Shown here one piece after another: positions 52,917 to 64,000 of a stretch of DNA of 64,000 nucleotides. The stretch comes from Octopus vulgaris (lineage: Eukaryota): assembly GCA_951406725.2 (NCBI GenBank), contig OX597842.1:14880001-14944000 (forward strand). The letters run 5' to 3'. The first letter of the stretch is position 1. Each line of letters opens with the position of its first letter. Both the position numbers and the translations under genes were made by a program. Under the pieces are notes generated by a model. That model ran no database searches, was not told the origin of the DNA, and saw nothing but the letters and a program-made list of their open reading frames with translations.

Positions 52917-54627
52917 TCTCTCTATATATAAAACTTAGAATGTGTGTCTGTCTGTCTGTCTGTGTGTTTCCCTAAAACTTGAGAACTACACAACCAATTT
53001 CATTCAAATTTTACACATGTCTTACTTAGGGTACAGGGAGTGTCATCGGCAAAAAATCTTAAATTTTCCCTAGGGCGACCCCACAGCAATATCATATCTT
53101 CTCCACTACGATTCCCTAAAACTTGAGAACTACACAACCAATGTCATTCAAAATTTACACATGCCTTACTTAGGGTCCATGTAGTTTCATGGGCAAAAAA
53201 GGTGAACTTCTTGCCTAGAGTGAGTCCATAGCCATATCATATCTTCTCCACTATTTCAGTATTACGTGTTAAAAGTGAAACAAAAACATTTCTCTATTTT
53301 ATGTCAGATACTTTCACTTTAACAATAAAAATAATAATAACCATTGAATTATATGTAGTAATTAATAATTAAAATCAAACTAAAGTATAATATTATCGTA
53401 ACATAACAAAAGTAAAAATAGTAATTGGTATAAAATTGCATCAATGACTTGAACTTGAATAAGTGGTTTCACATGAATGGGAATAAATTAAAAATAAAAT
53501 TAGCGTGCAGAAATAGAATAGTGCAGATGAAGCTGTGCTTTTACATTAGATTATCTGCTAAATTAGCTAGCATTAAGTATCTATATGAAGTTTGGCTGTA
53601 TGTAATATCTGTTTTCTGGAACAGCCGCTCCTACAGAGTACTGCTGTTGGTTTATTTCTTATACATAAAGGACTAAAGCTTCAACTGCTTACTACTTTCT
53701 GATTCATCGTAAGGTTTGTTGTTATTATTATTACTGTTTAACTATTGTTATCACGTTTGTTGGTTCCTCGTAAAGGAAACATTGTTGTGTTGCATTTGTT
53801 AAATAATTGTAAACTGTAGTCCTCCCCCTTTGGGAGAGGGAGCTTTGGTTATTGTTTAAAAATTGAATTGTGTCCCTGTCTGGGGAAATTGACAATATTT
53901 TCACCGTTTACACGGAAGCATTTTTGTTAGAATGCCTTCGATAGAAGAAAGTCCAAAAATGAATTTCGCTGCAGCCGTCGGTGGGCGCGAACTCATTGAA
54001 ATTAAAATGGAAGAAATACAGATTGATCACCGACAAATACGGTGTATCTAGAATAACACCACCAAACGAAATACGAAATTAATTTAAAGAAAAGACTATT
54101 GTCTATAAAGTATACAATGTAGAGAAAAAGATTTGAATACTGGAGGAAAGCACCATCGAAAAGTGTCTTGGTGCGACTATGAATGATATCTAACTAGAGG
54201 CGGTAAATTCGCCACAATAAAAGCAAGGTTCGAGTCAACAGAGCGTGCAAGGGAGTACTCGACTCGAACCTTGCAAAGTGGAAATATTTTATTTTTACCT
54301 TTATAACTGGGACGTAGGACCTCCCGGATAAAAATTAAAAATACCCCCCCCCCCCAGAAGTAGAGGTAGGCTGGATTGTAGCCACACTTCTATACAAGAG
54401 GGAGGACAAGATACAATTGATCGAAATTGCAAGAGACGGGCCTACAATGCCAGTCTGTTATATATTTTGAGTACTGTTATCACTAGCGATATCAAGATAT
54501 AACTTTGTATTTTGTATTTTATGTCTAGATGTATATATATAAATGTACATGTAATATGGACACATATATATACACATATATACATGTACTAGCACTATGA
54601 CCGTGCAACGACGGGTCATAATGCTAG
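52917..54627 (+). mobile_element. Non-autonomous Helitron
   Basis: A|TCtctctatatataaaact...(GTCT)n 5' end; 3' hairpin gaccgtgcaacgacgggtc then atgCTAG|T. Confidence 0.85.
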
Positions 54628-54651
54628 TATTATAATATATATTATGTGTTA

Positions 54652-57600
54652 TCTCTATATATATAAAACTGAGAATATGTGTCTGTCTGTCTGTCTTTCT
54701 GTGTGTTTCCCAAAAACTTGAGAACAACACAACCAATTCCATTCAAATTTTACACATGCCTTACTTAAGGTCCGGGGAGAGTCATCGGCAAAACAATCTT
54801 AACTTTTTCCCTAGGGTGACCCCACAGCAATATCATATCTTCTCCACTATTTCAGTATTACGTGTTAAAAGGGAAACAAAGACGTCTCTCTTTTGTATTG
54901 CAGGCACTTTCATTATAATACTGAAACTATTAAAGTGAAAGTATTATATAACAGGGATGAACCATTAATAGTGGTCAACCTTTTTGCTAGAAGAAGATCC
55001 GCTATGGTCTTATATGCTACAGCACTGGTTTTCAATTCATATTAATCAAATTAATATTCAATTTTTCACCCTTATTATGTGTGTGTGTGTGTGTATTTGC
55101 AATTCGTATAAAATTGCATCAATGACTTGAACTTGAATAAGTGGTTTCACATAAATGAGGATAAAATTAAAAGGTTTGTTGTTATTATTATTACTGTTTG
55201 ACTATTGTAATCACGTTTGTTGGTTCCTCGTCAGGGAAACGTTGTTGCGTTGCATTTGTTAAATAATTGTAAACCTTAACCCTCCCCTTTTCGGAGAAGG
55301 GGCTTTGGTTATTGTTTAAAAATTGAATTTTGTCCCTGTTTGGGGAAATTGACAATATTTTCACCGTTCTTACCGAAGTATTTTTGTTAAAATGCCTTCG
55401 ATAGAAGAAAGTCCAAAAATGAAGTTCGCTACAGCCGTACACTTCTATACAAGAGGGAGGACAAGATCCAATTGATCGAAATTGCAAGAGACAGGCCTAC
55501 AATTCCAGTCTGTTATATATTTTGAGTATTGTTATCACTAGCGATATCAAGATATAACTTTGTATTTTGTATTTTATGTGTAGATGTATATATATATAGA
55601 TGTACATGTAATATGTACACATATATATATATATATACATATATACATGCATAATATATCTACCCATACACTCATACGCACACACATACGGACACACATA
55701 CATAGGGGAAGGTGTGGCTGTGTGGTAACAAACTACGTTCCAAACACATGATCCTGGGTTCAGTGCCACTGTGTGGTGACTTGGCATGTGTCTTCTGCTG
55801 TAGCCTCAGACCAACATAGGCCTTCTCAGTGGATTTTGTACATATATACAAGCATACATACATATATATACTTGCATACGTACATATTCAGCATAAACAC
55901 TTTACCACTATAACTATTAACTTTTGGGAACACTTTCAAACCTGCCTTACATTCGAACCGGAATCTCAACGCCCGAGTTTTCCATCTGAAGTTAATCTCT
56001 CTCATGGAGCTCATTCAAAAAGGGCAAGTCTGTCGGCCCATAAAATGTGACATGTACACAATCGAGTGGCAAAAAAGGGGCCTTCCACATGCTCATATCC
56101 TGCTTTGGCTCTCAGCGAAGATCAATTCCAATGACATCGACAAGATAATCTCTGCAGAGCTTCCTGATCCAGCTTTAGACAAAGAACTATACGTTAAAGC
56201 AAACATGTTACATGGTCCATGTGGGCGTGGATTCAATATAAACACACTATGATTGAAGGACAGCATATGTTCAAAAGGATTTCCAAGGAGGTTCCTACAA
56301 GAAACTCAGACAGGTGCTGATGGATATCCATCATATAGACGCAGAAAACCAGAAGACGGAGGTTTCACAGCAACTATCGGACAGCAAGATATTGATAATA
56401 GAGGGATTGTTCCATACTGCCCACTCCTGTCAAAGACTTTCAATGCCCACATCAACGCTGACTTTTCCAACTACGTTAAATCCATCAAGTACGTTTGCAA
56501 ATATGTAAACAAGGGTTCCGATGCAGCAATGTTTGACTTCAACAAGAATACTGCCAGGATGAGGTGACGCATTATCAGGTGGGACTGTACATAAGTAGCA
56601 ACGAGGTTTTCTGGCGCATCTTTGGCTTTCCAATTCAGCAACGACACCCCGCCATTCAACAGCTTGCAGTGCACCTAGAAAATGGTCAAAGAGTGTACTT
56701 CACCGATGATAATGTTTCTCTGTTGGCAGAGGAACCAAGGGATAGCACACTCACTGCATTCTTCAAGCTTTGTCAAGTGGATCCATTCGCTCAAACCTTG
56801 CTGTGTCCACAGATTCCATAATACTACACTTGGAATAGAAAAAAATGGGCCCCACGGAAAGCAGGTCAAAATGTTCATGGATACCCTGGCATTAAGTTTC
56901 CTATTTGCTTTGGGCGAGTATACACAGTGCATCCCACTCAACAAGAGTGCTTCTACCTTCGTCTACTACTGCATGAGGTCATGGACATGTTCATGGACAT
57001 GTCTGTACAACATACAGAGAAACCTGCTATCGACAAGGTCTGTTAGAAGATGGTGCACAATGGGATGCTACTTTAGGAGAGGCTGCTTTATCACAATCAC
57101 CTAAAAGTCTCAGGGCACTATTTGCAGTATTACTACAGGCATGCGAACTGTGTGATCCGGCCACTCTATGGTTCAAATATATTGACAACCTGGCTGAAGA
57201 CTTTCAGCGCCAAGCTCAACTGCTCTATCCTGACATGCTGGGTATCAGCAATGAAATCTATAACAAAACACTCATTGACATTGAATACAGAATTGCTAAA
57301 CTGGGTGGAAAGGAATTGTCGACGTATGGCCTGCCACAAGCATTCAGGTCAGGGTCAAATAGCCTTCTCACTGCTGTCATTCGTGAAACAACCTACGACA
57401 CTCAAGCGCTTTCAAAGTACATTGTTGAAAATGAGCCTAACCTACTTCCGGACCAGCTGCAGGCATACAGAACTATTCTTAACAGTGTACGCCAACGCGA
57501 GGAACGAATCTTCTTCCTCGATGCTCCCGAAGGGACAGGAAAAGCATTTATTACAAAGCTTCTCCTTGCAGAAGTTAGGCAGCATCAGGACATTGCAGTA

Positions 57601-58991
57601 GTTGTAGCCTCCTCTGGCATTGCAGCTACTTTGTTACCTGGTGGCAGGACAGCACACTCAACTTTTAAACCCCCTCTCAATTTAGCAGCATCCGAAATGC
57701 CTTCATGGAACATCAACAAAAGCTCAGATCCGGGACAAGTACTTAAAATGTGTCATCTAATTGTCTGGGATGAGTGCACTATGGCTCACAAGGGGGCTTT
57801 GGAAGCATTAGATAGAGCCCTGAAAGACATCTGAGACTGTCAGGTTCCAATGGGAGGTGTAACGCTTCTGTTGTCAGGTGATTTCAGGCAAACTCTTCTT
57901 GTCATTCCGAAAGGCACTAGAGCAGATGAAGTCCAAGCATGCCTAAAGTCCTCTACCCTGTGGCATCATGTTACAATCCTCAGCCTCACCACTAACATGA
58001 GAGCTTAGCTACACGGCGACAAAATGTCCACAAAGTTTGCACAGGACATTTTGACACTTGGTGAAGGCAAGATGACTCTCGATGCTGCAGGACAAATGGA
58101 AGTGTGGTCATTTTCCCCTGTTGTTAATTCTGTAGATGACCTCAAAAACAAAGCCTTTTCCCAACTTCACACAAAACTACCAAAATCACAATTGGCTGCG
58201 TGAAAGAGCAATATTAGCTCCAAAAAACATCGCTGTTAACAAAATTAATCAACAGCTAATGTATTCTCTTCCCGGCACTATACACACTCACAAGCCTGTT
58301 GATACAATTCCAGAAATAAATAAAGTTGTGAACTATCCTCCTGAATTTCTCAATTCACTGGAGCCTCCTGGACTACCTCCACACATATTAGCACTTAAAG
58401 CTGGAACTCCTGTAATGCTACTCCGCAATCTGAAACCACTAAGACTTTGCAATGGAACGCGACTGGTGATAAAGAAAATGATGTCACACGTTATCGAGGC
58501 GATCATTCTTTCTGGATGTGGAAAAGGTGGTGACGTCTTTATTCCAAGAATTCCTCTTACTCCATCAGGAGCAGAAATTCCATTTACATTCAGAAGACTG
58601 CAATTCCCCCTTCGTGTCAGCTTTGCCATGTCCATTAACAAATCTCAGGGTCAAACCCTCTCTGTCGCTGGTCTTGTCTTGGAAGAGCCCTGCTTCTCGC
58701 ATGGGCAACTGTATGTTGGCTGCTCAAGAGTAGGAACCAAAAGAAACCTTTTTGTATATGCTCCACAAGGAAAGAACAAAGAAGAAGGTTTACAACATGG
58801 TGTTATAATCTCAACAGCCAGGAGGTATATATTTGATTCCCTTTTTTTTAACAAGCTTCTTGTACTTTCATGTATTTATATTAATATACATATATGTGTG
58901 TGTGCGTGTGTGTGTGTATCCATATATATGTAACAGAAAAATCTAATTCTTCAATTGAATGAAACCGGGCAACGCCGGGTATCTCTGCTAG
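54652..58991 (+). mobile_element. Decayed autonomous-derived Helitron (Rep/Pif1 helicase)
   Basis: Same 5' end as the upstream copy; Rep motifs IEWQKRGLPHAHILLWL and KYVCKYVNKG; helicase DAPEGTGKAF, VWDECTM, LCNGTRL, FAMSINKSQGQTL, HGQLYVGCSRV; 3' ccgggcaacgccggg...CTAG|T; frameshifted. Confidence 0.95.
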
Positions 58992-59012
58992 TATATCTAT
59001 CTATTTATCTAT

Positions 59013-59110
<98 letters not shown>

Positions 59111-59734
59111 GTATGAATATATATGTACATATGTATGCCTGTATGTATTTGTGTATCCATCATCGCTTGCCACCGATCTTAGTGTGTTTACGTCCTCGTA
59201 ACTTAGCGGTTCGGCAAAAGGACCCGATAGAATAAGTACTAGGATTAGAAAGCATAAACCCTAGGGTCAATTTGTTTGACTTAAGCTGGTGCTCCAGCCT
59301 GGCCGCTGTCAAATGGCTGAAACAGGTAAAATAATAAAAGAATATATATATGTATAATGTTGAAAAGTGACACACGAGTTGATGTGTTCAAGGAAAATAA
59401 GACAACGAAAAAAATTCTAAAAAATGTTATCATGAAATTCATTTTGTAACAGTTAGTACTTGTTTCTGTCTTTTCGACATATTTTGACTAAGAGTAAAAT
59501 ATAGGTTCTCTTATTCTTTCAATTGTTTCAGTCATTTGGTTACGGCCGTGCTGGAGCACCTCCTTTAGTCGAGCAAATCGATCCTAGTACTTAACCTTTG
59601 TTAACCTAGTACATATTCTATCAGATTCTATTGCCGAACCACTAAGTTACGGGGATGAAAACACACCAGTATCGGTTGTCAAACCAAGATGGAGGTACAA
59701 TCAAACAAACACACACATACACACGCACACACAG

Positions 59735-59794
<60 letters not shown>

Positions 59795-60234
59795 GGCAGG
59801 CCTCTTTCAGTTTCCGTCCACCAAATCCACTCACAAGGCCTTGGTCGGCATGAGGCTGTAGTAGAAGAGACTTGTCTAAGGTGCCACGCAGTGGGACTGA
59901 ACCCGGAACCATGTGATGTTGGGGTATAAATGAAGAAGAAAAAAATTAAATCGAAGCAAAAATTAAATTAAATGAAGAGAAAGTGAGAGAAAAAAGGAAA
60001 TGTCTTACCTATTTGAAGATTATGAAAATATTTGCAAAACATTTCCTTTAATTTTTCTTCGATTTAATTGGCTTTCTTGATTAATATTCACCTATTTATA
60101 CTCTTAGCTGAAAAAATCGAAAAGGCAGAAAGCGGTGCTACCCGTTACAAAATGTATTTCATGATAAAGTTATTCTTTGCATTTTCTACCTTATCTTATT
60201 TTCCTTATGACTGTCTGTCCCCCCTCTCTCTCTC

Positions 60235-60270
<36 letters not shown>

Positions 60271-60366
60271 AATACTGTCGTGTCCAGATGAATCGTATTG
60301 TTTTAATACCTTATATTCTAACACACACACAGGTTTGATTTCCACTCATTCATTATTTATAATTTT

Positions 60367-60445
60367 TCTTCTAAAATTTTCTTTGCTTTTGCAACATTGT
60401 CAACATCCATTGCCAAGGTTGCAAAGCAACGAAAATTATAGAATT
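60367..60445. ncRNA. Inverted pair of degenerate minimal hammerhead-like motifs
   Basis: Minus TTGACAA-tgttgc(aaaa)gcaaa-GAAA-attt-TA; plus TTGCCAA-ggttgc(aaa)gcaac-GAAA-atta-TA; stem I not evident. Confidence 0.35.
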
Positions 60446-61319
60446 GATGGCTATTAATTAAATAGAATGAAGTCTAGGTTCCGCGTGGTCACAAACAATA
60501 TTTAACTTCAGTTCTTTTCTTTTCCTTTCATCTATCAATCTTTCACTCTTTCTTAAAAGTTCACAAGCAGAAATAATCTTTTTAATCTTTACTTTTTAAT
60601 TTTTAGTTCTTAATTTTTCACAGTTAATTTTCAAAGTAATCTCTTAACTTACGTATCTGTTTCTGACATTTTATTTCTCCTTACTGACCACTGAACTAGA
60701 GAATACAGAGAGGAGTATAATGTTCACAGCACAACCTCTTTGAGAGGGTAGGGACGTAAGTTCGCACTTCGATGAAGTACTTGAGATACCCTCGCTGCCT
60801 TGATTTGTGTTGTCCTTTTTCTTTTAATTAATATAGACCAGCTAACTCAGACGCCTAACAGGGATCCCTAGCTCCAGCCTCAGATGTGAAGTTGGAACGT
60901 AACGGATAATCGAATATAGCACTTTGTCAGCGTATCTATTCGTTTAGATCACCAAGGAATTACAGACATATATACATATATATTAATATTATATCTATGT
61001 ATATGCATGTGTATACATTTATACCCACGCACATGTATGAAGCTTGCTACCCAAACACATAGTTTTGGGTTCAGTCCCACTGCGTTGCAACATAGACGAG
61101 AATCTCCCGCTATAACCTCCGGCCAACCTGGGCCTTTTGAGTGAATTCGATAGCCGGAAACTGAAAGAAATACCTCATTTCAGTATATGTGCGGATAAGC
61201 GTCTATATGTGTGTGTGCTTGTTTGTGTTTGTGTGTTTGCGTTTTTTAGTGTGCTTAACAACCGGCACAGGTGCGTTTATGGCCCCTTAATATTACCACT
61301 CATTCAATTAATATTATTT

Positions 61320-61760
61320 AAGGGGGTGCGCCATATTGACCGATGTCTACTGACAGAAACAATAGAAGGAGTATTTTTTGAAAACCCTCAATAAAATGTG
61401 ACCATAATCGACGTGACAGAGAAGATTTGACTCAGGGAAGACAATCTGTGTACAGCTGTGGAAATGAGCTGACCAGCGGATGTTAACATAAATCTAAAGA
61501 TCATAAAAACAATTCTTGAACTCTTGAGAAATCTACAGTTACACGTCATATATTATAAGTTAACGTATAAACTTGAACTTGTAATCTGTAATTAGTGGGA
61601 CACTGGGATATGCAACACACTGTCTAATCCCGAGAAATTAGGCTTCCCAAAACTAGAAGGGAAAAAGCTGATTCGTAATCTACAAATCCATGTCACCACT
61701 GGATCCCTTAAAATCTAAATGTTTCCAGAAATTAAATATATGCATGAGAATACATACACA
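61320..61760 (+). mobile_element. 3' fragment of an RLE-type non-LTR retrotransposon (R4/NeSL-like)
   Basis: Fragments AVEMS*PADVNI, ELLRNLQ and SGTLGY resemble the restriction-like endonuclease C-terminus. Confidence 0.5.
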
Positions 61761-61989
61761 AAACCAAATATTCAAATCTGCACGTGTACTAATTTCAAAT
61801 ACGGCTATTATCATACATACATGCAAATGTACCCTGTGATGTTGAAATTCCAATGAAGGAACATTGGATCTAGGTTAGAATCCGGCTCACCCTCTACATA
61901 TAAGACTTGATAATAACATACATACATACATACATAATACATACATACATACATACATGCATACGTACATACATACATACATACATACA

Positions 61990-62215
61990 TGGTGGCTGTT
62001 TCCTCGTCATCGAGTATGGCCATTGTAAGTGCAGTCGTATTATACTATTTCAGTTTTGTGCAGAGACCAGACTGGTGTTTTGTATTTTTCCAGTATTTTC
62101 CCGTCATTCTTTGCCCTTCACATCTGCATCCGCGAGGTTTCTTCAATCACTTCTCAAAGTCTCTTTAAGCATTTGGCATGCTTTTTTACATTGCCAACAT
62201 TTAATAAAAGTTTTT
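61990..62215 (-). mobile_element. Short 3' fragment of an RTE-like LINE with (ATGT)n tail
   Basis: Minus end atggccatactcgatgacgaggaaacagccacc-(atgt)n parallels the 3' end of the RTE at 46515. Confidence 0.45.
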
Positions 62216-64000
62216 CTTGGGGGGGGGGGGGATTCCTCATCTTGAAAATGTGGCCCGAGTAAACCCGAATGATATCGGGTCATAATATCGAAACAATGCT
62301 ATTTTAATCCCGAGCAAAGGCGGCTTTCTCTGCAAGTGTATCATATAAGAATAGTATTTCTATGTAATATACGATGTGTCTATGGATGTTTCTATTTGTT
62401 CTGCAGTGATTTAAGGCAGGTTTTCCAAATGTGACAATGGTTGCATGTTCTTTATTTCATATTCTACCATTATGATCATTGTTACTCAATAGTTATTGTA
62501 GATTTTCAGCAAAACGTCAAACTTCACCATTGTACATATAAAAAATAATCCATAAATTAAAAATTTGAAAATTTAGTGAAACGCAACTCGTAAATATTTT
62601 CCAATTGTTATTGGATTCTTACGTGAAACGAGTGAACAAATCTGATTATTTTGAAATTTAACATAAAATTATTTAAATTACGCCAACTTTATTACAGAAA
62701 TTGATAAGCAATTATTATTAGAAATTATTGGTTTAGAAACAAATTATATGGTATCATACATATGGTATCATAAATTGCTGACATATCTTACTAATTTTTA
62801 GCTCTATAAACGTGGAATGAACTAATATTCAAACATTATATGTGATGTAAAAACACAACAAAAATATAATAAACATGATCTTTCTTCCTGAAAGTTGTAC
62901 AAAATAATAAGTCGCCGATTATGTAAACTAAGAGGAACATATTCAAATTTAAATTTAATTTGTAACAATAAACTTATTTATAAAAAGGACGTTTTGAAAA
63001 AACAGAGAAAATAGAACTCTATCACTGACTCTCTGAAACCAAAAGGATAACTTTCAAATGTGATAACTCAGAATCAGTTCTTTTATTGAGTGAGATCTCC
63101 ATCTTGTTCTGCTCAAAGACTGTGACAGTAGTTAGCATATTGTAATTAAAGAAAAAGTATATTCTCTATAGAGAAATGGTCAAATCTATCGAGGAATAAA
63201 ACTGCAGAAAGTAACGACGACGAAATAACTGAGGAGAGTGAAGGACTTGAAAGAGTGTCATGAATTCAGAAATAAGTAATTCTCTCAGAACGACAAAACG
63301 TCCTGTTAAAATAATGATTCTTTTCTGCAAGAATTTATTCAAAAGCAACAAATATTCTTCAAAATAAAGACCAAACGCACTGCACGAACTTTTTCCTCAA
63401 CTTAATAAATAAATTTTGAAGCAATTAAAGAAATAAGAGGTTTCATTTAGTATGCGACGTTTGACTGCTATTTCTAGCAGCTGCATCCACAATAGGTGCA
63501 GGGTGCAGTGTGAAGATTACGAGGAGGAATTTAAGGGATAAGAATTGCAATATTAAAAGAAGCGAAACGAAAACGAATCAGTGATATAGATAAGTGTTCG
63601 ATATTTATTGATATTGCGTTATAAACACTTCGATCTATTATTTACATTAAATCATTTTTGGAAATCTTCAAATTCTGCGCAAGAAAAAAATACAATTAAA
63701 AGCGAAAAGGGATTCAATGAGAGTTATTGTTCTTACGCTTTGACACCGCCCACCACATTGTATAATGTGGAATGACTCCGCCCATTTTGCTTTCTTTATT
63801 AACTCATACCCTTCCCCTATTACTAAATATATATCGTCCAATAAGCGCGCTCTCCCTCTTTGTCTGTCTCTTTCTCTTCGCTTCCGTCTCCCACCTCCTC
63901 ATATATTACCCAATGCTTCCCCCTCCCTTGCTTGTAGTCTTAATTCCCTCTGTCTGCACCTCACTAAACCCATAATGCATTTTCATACTCTTTCTCCCTC

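Overview
Eukaryotic, AT-rich, microsatellite- and transposon-dense genomic DNA. The SINE/MITE/Helitron repertoire and the (TA)n/(TACA)n/(ATT)n load look like an Octopus (coleoid cephalopod) genome; this is inferred, not verified. Most ORF-track entries are microsatellite artefacts. Read by hand, the + strand carries one multi-exon adhesion GPCR whose 5' end lies upstream of the window. It has at least 8 in-frame 72-nt LRR exons (7 in a young tandem array at 1-10.7 kb) plus one donor-dead LRR pseudo-exon. These are followed by an LRR C-cap, a 12-Cys Ly6/uPAR three-finger-like domain, an HRM, a GAIN domain with an intact HL|TSFALL GPS, and a TM1 exon carrying a 1-nt frameshift and stop. All splice phases from 1428 to 45998 are mutually consistent. 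I found no TM2-7 exons in the remaining 18 kb. The most striking signal is the LRR exon cassette. Its introns are near-identical, yet amino-acid changes concentrate at the concave-face x positions. It also holds a silenced exon and a single inverted intronic copy able to pair with every unit, making it a candidate LRR-shuffling/diversifying receptor system. Introns and downstream DNA hold decayed mariners, a MITE, a gypsy LTR relic, Penelope-like relics with several core-variant minimal hammerhead ribozymes, a near-intact full-length RTE LINE and tandem Helitrons.
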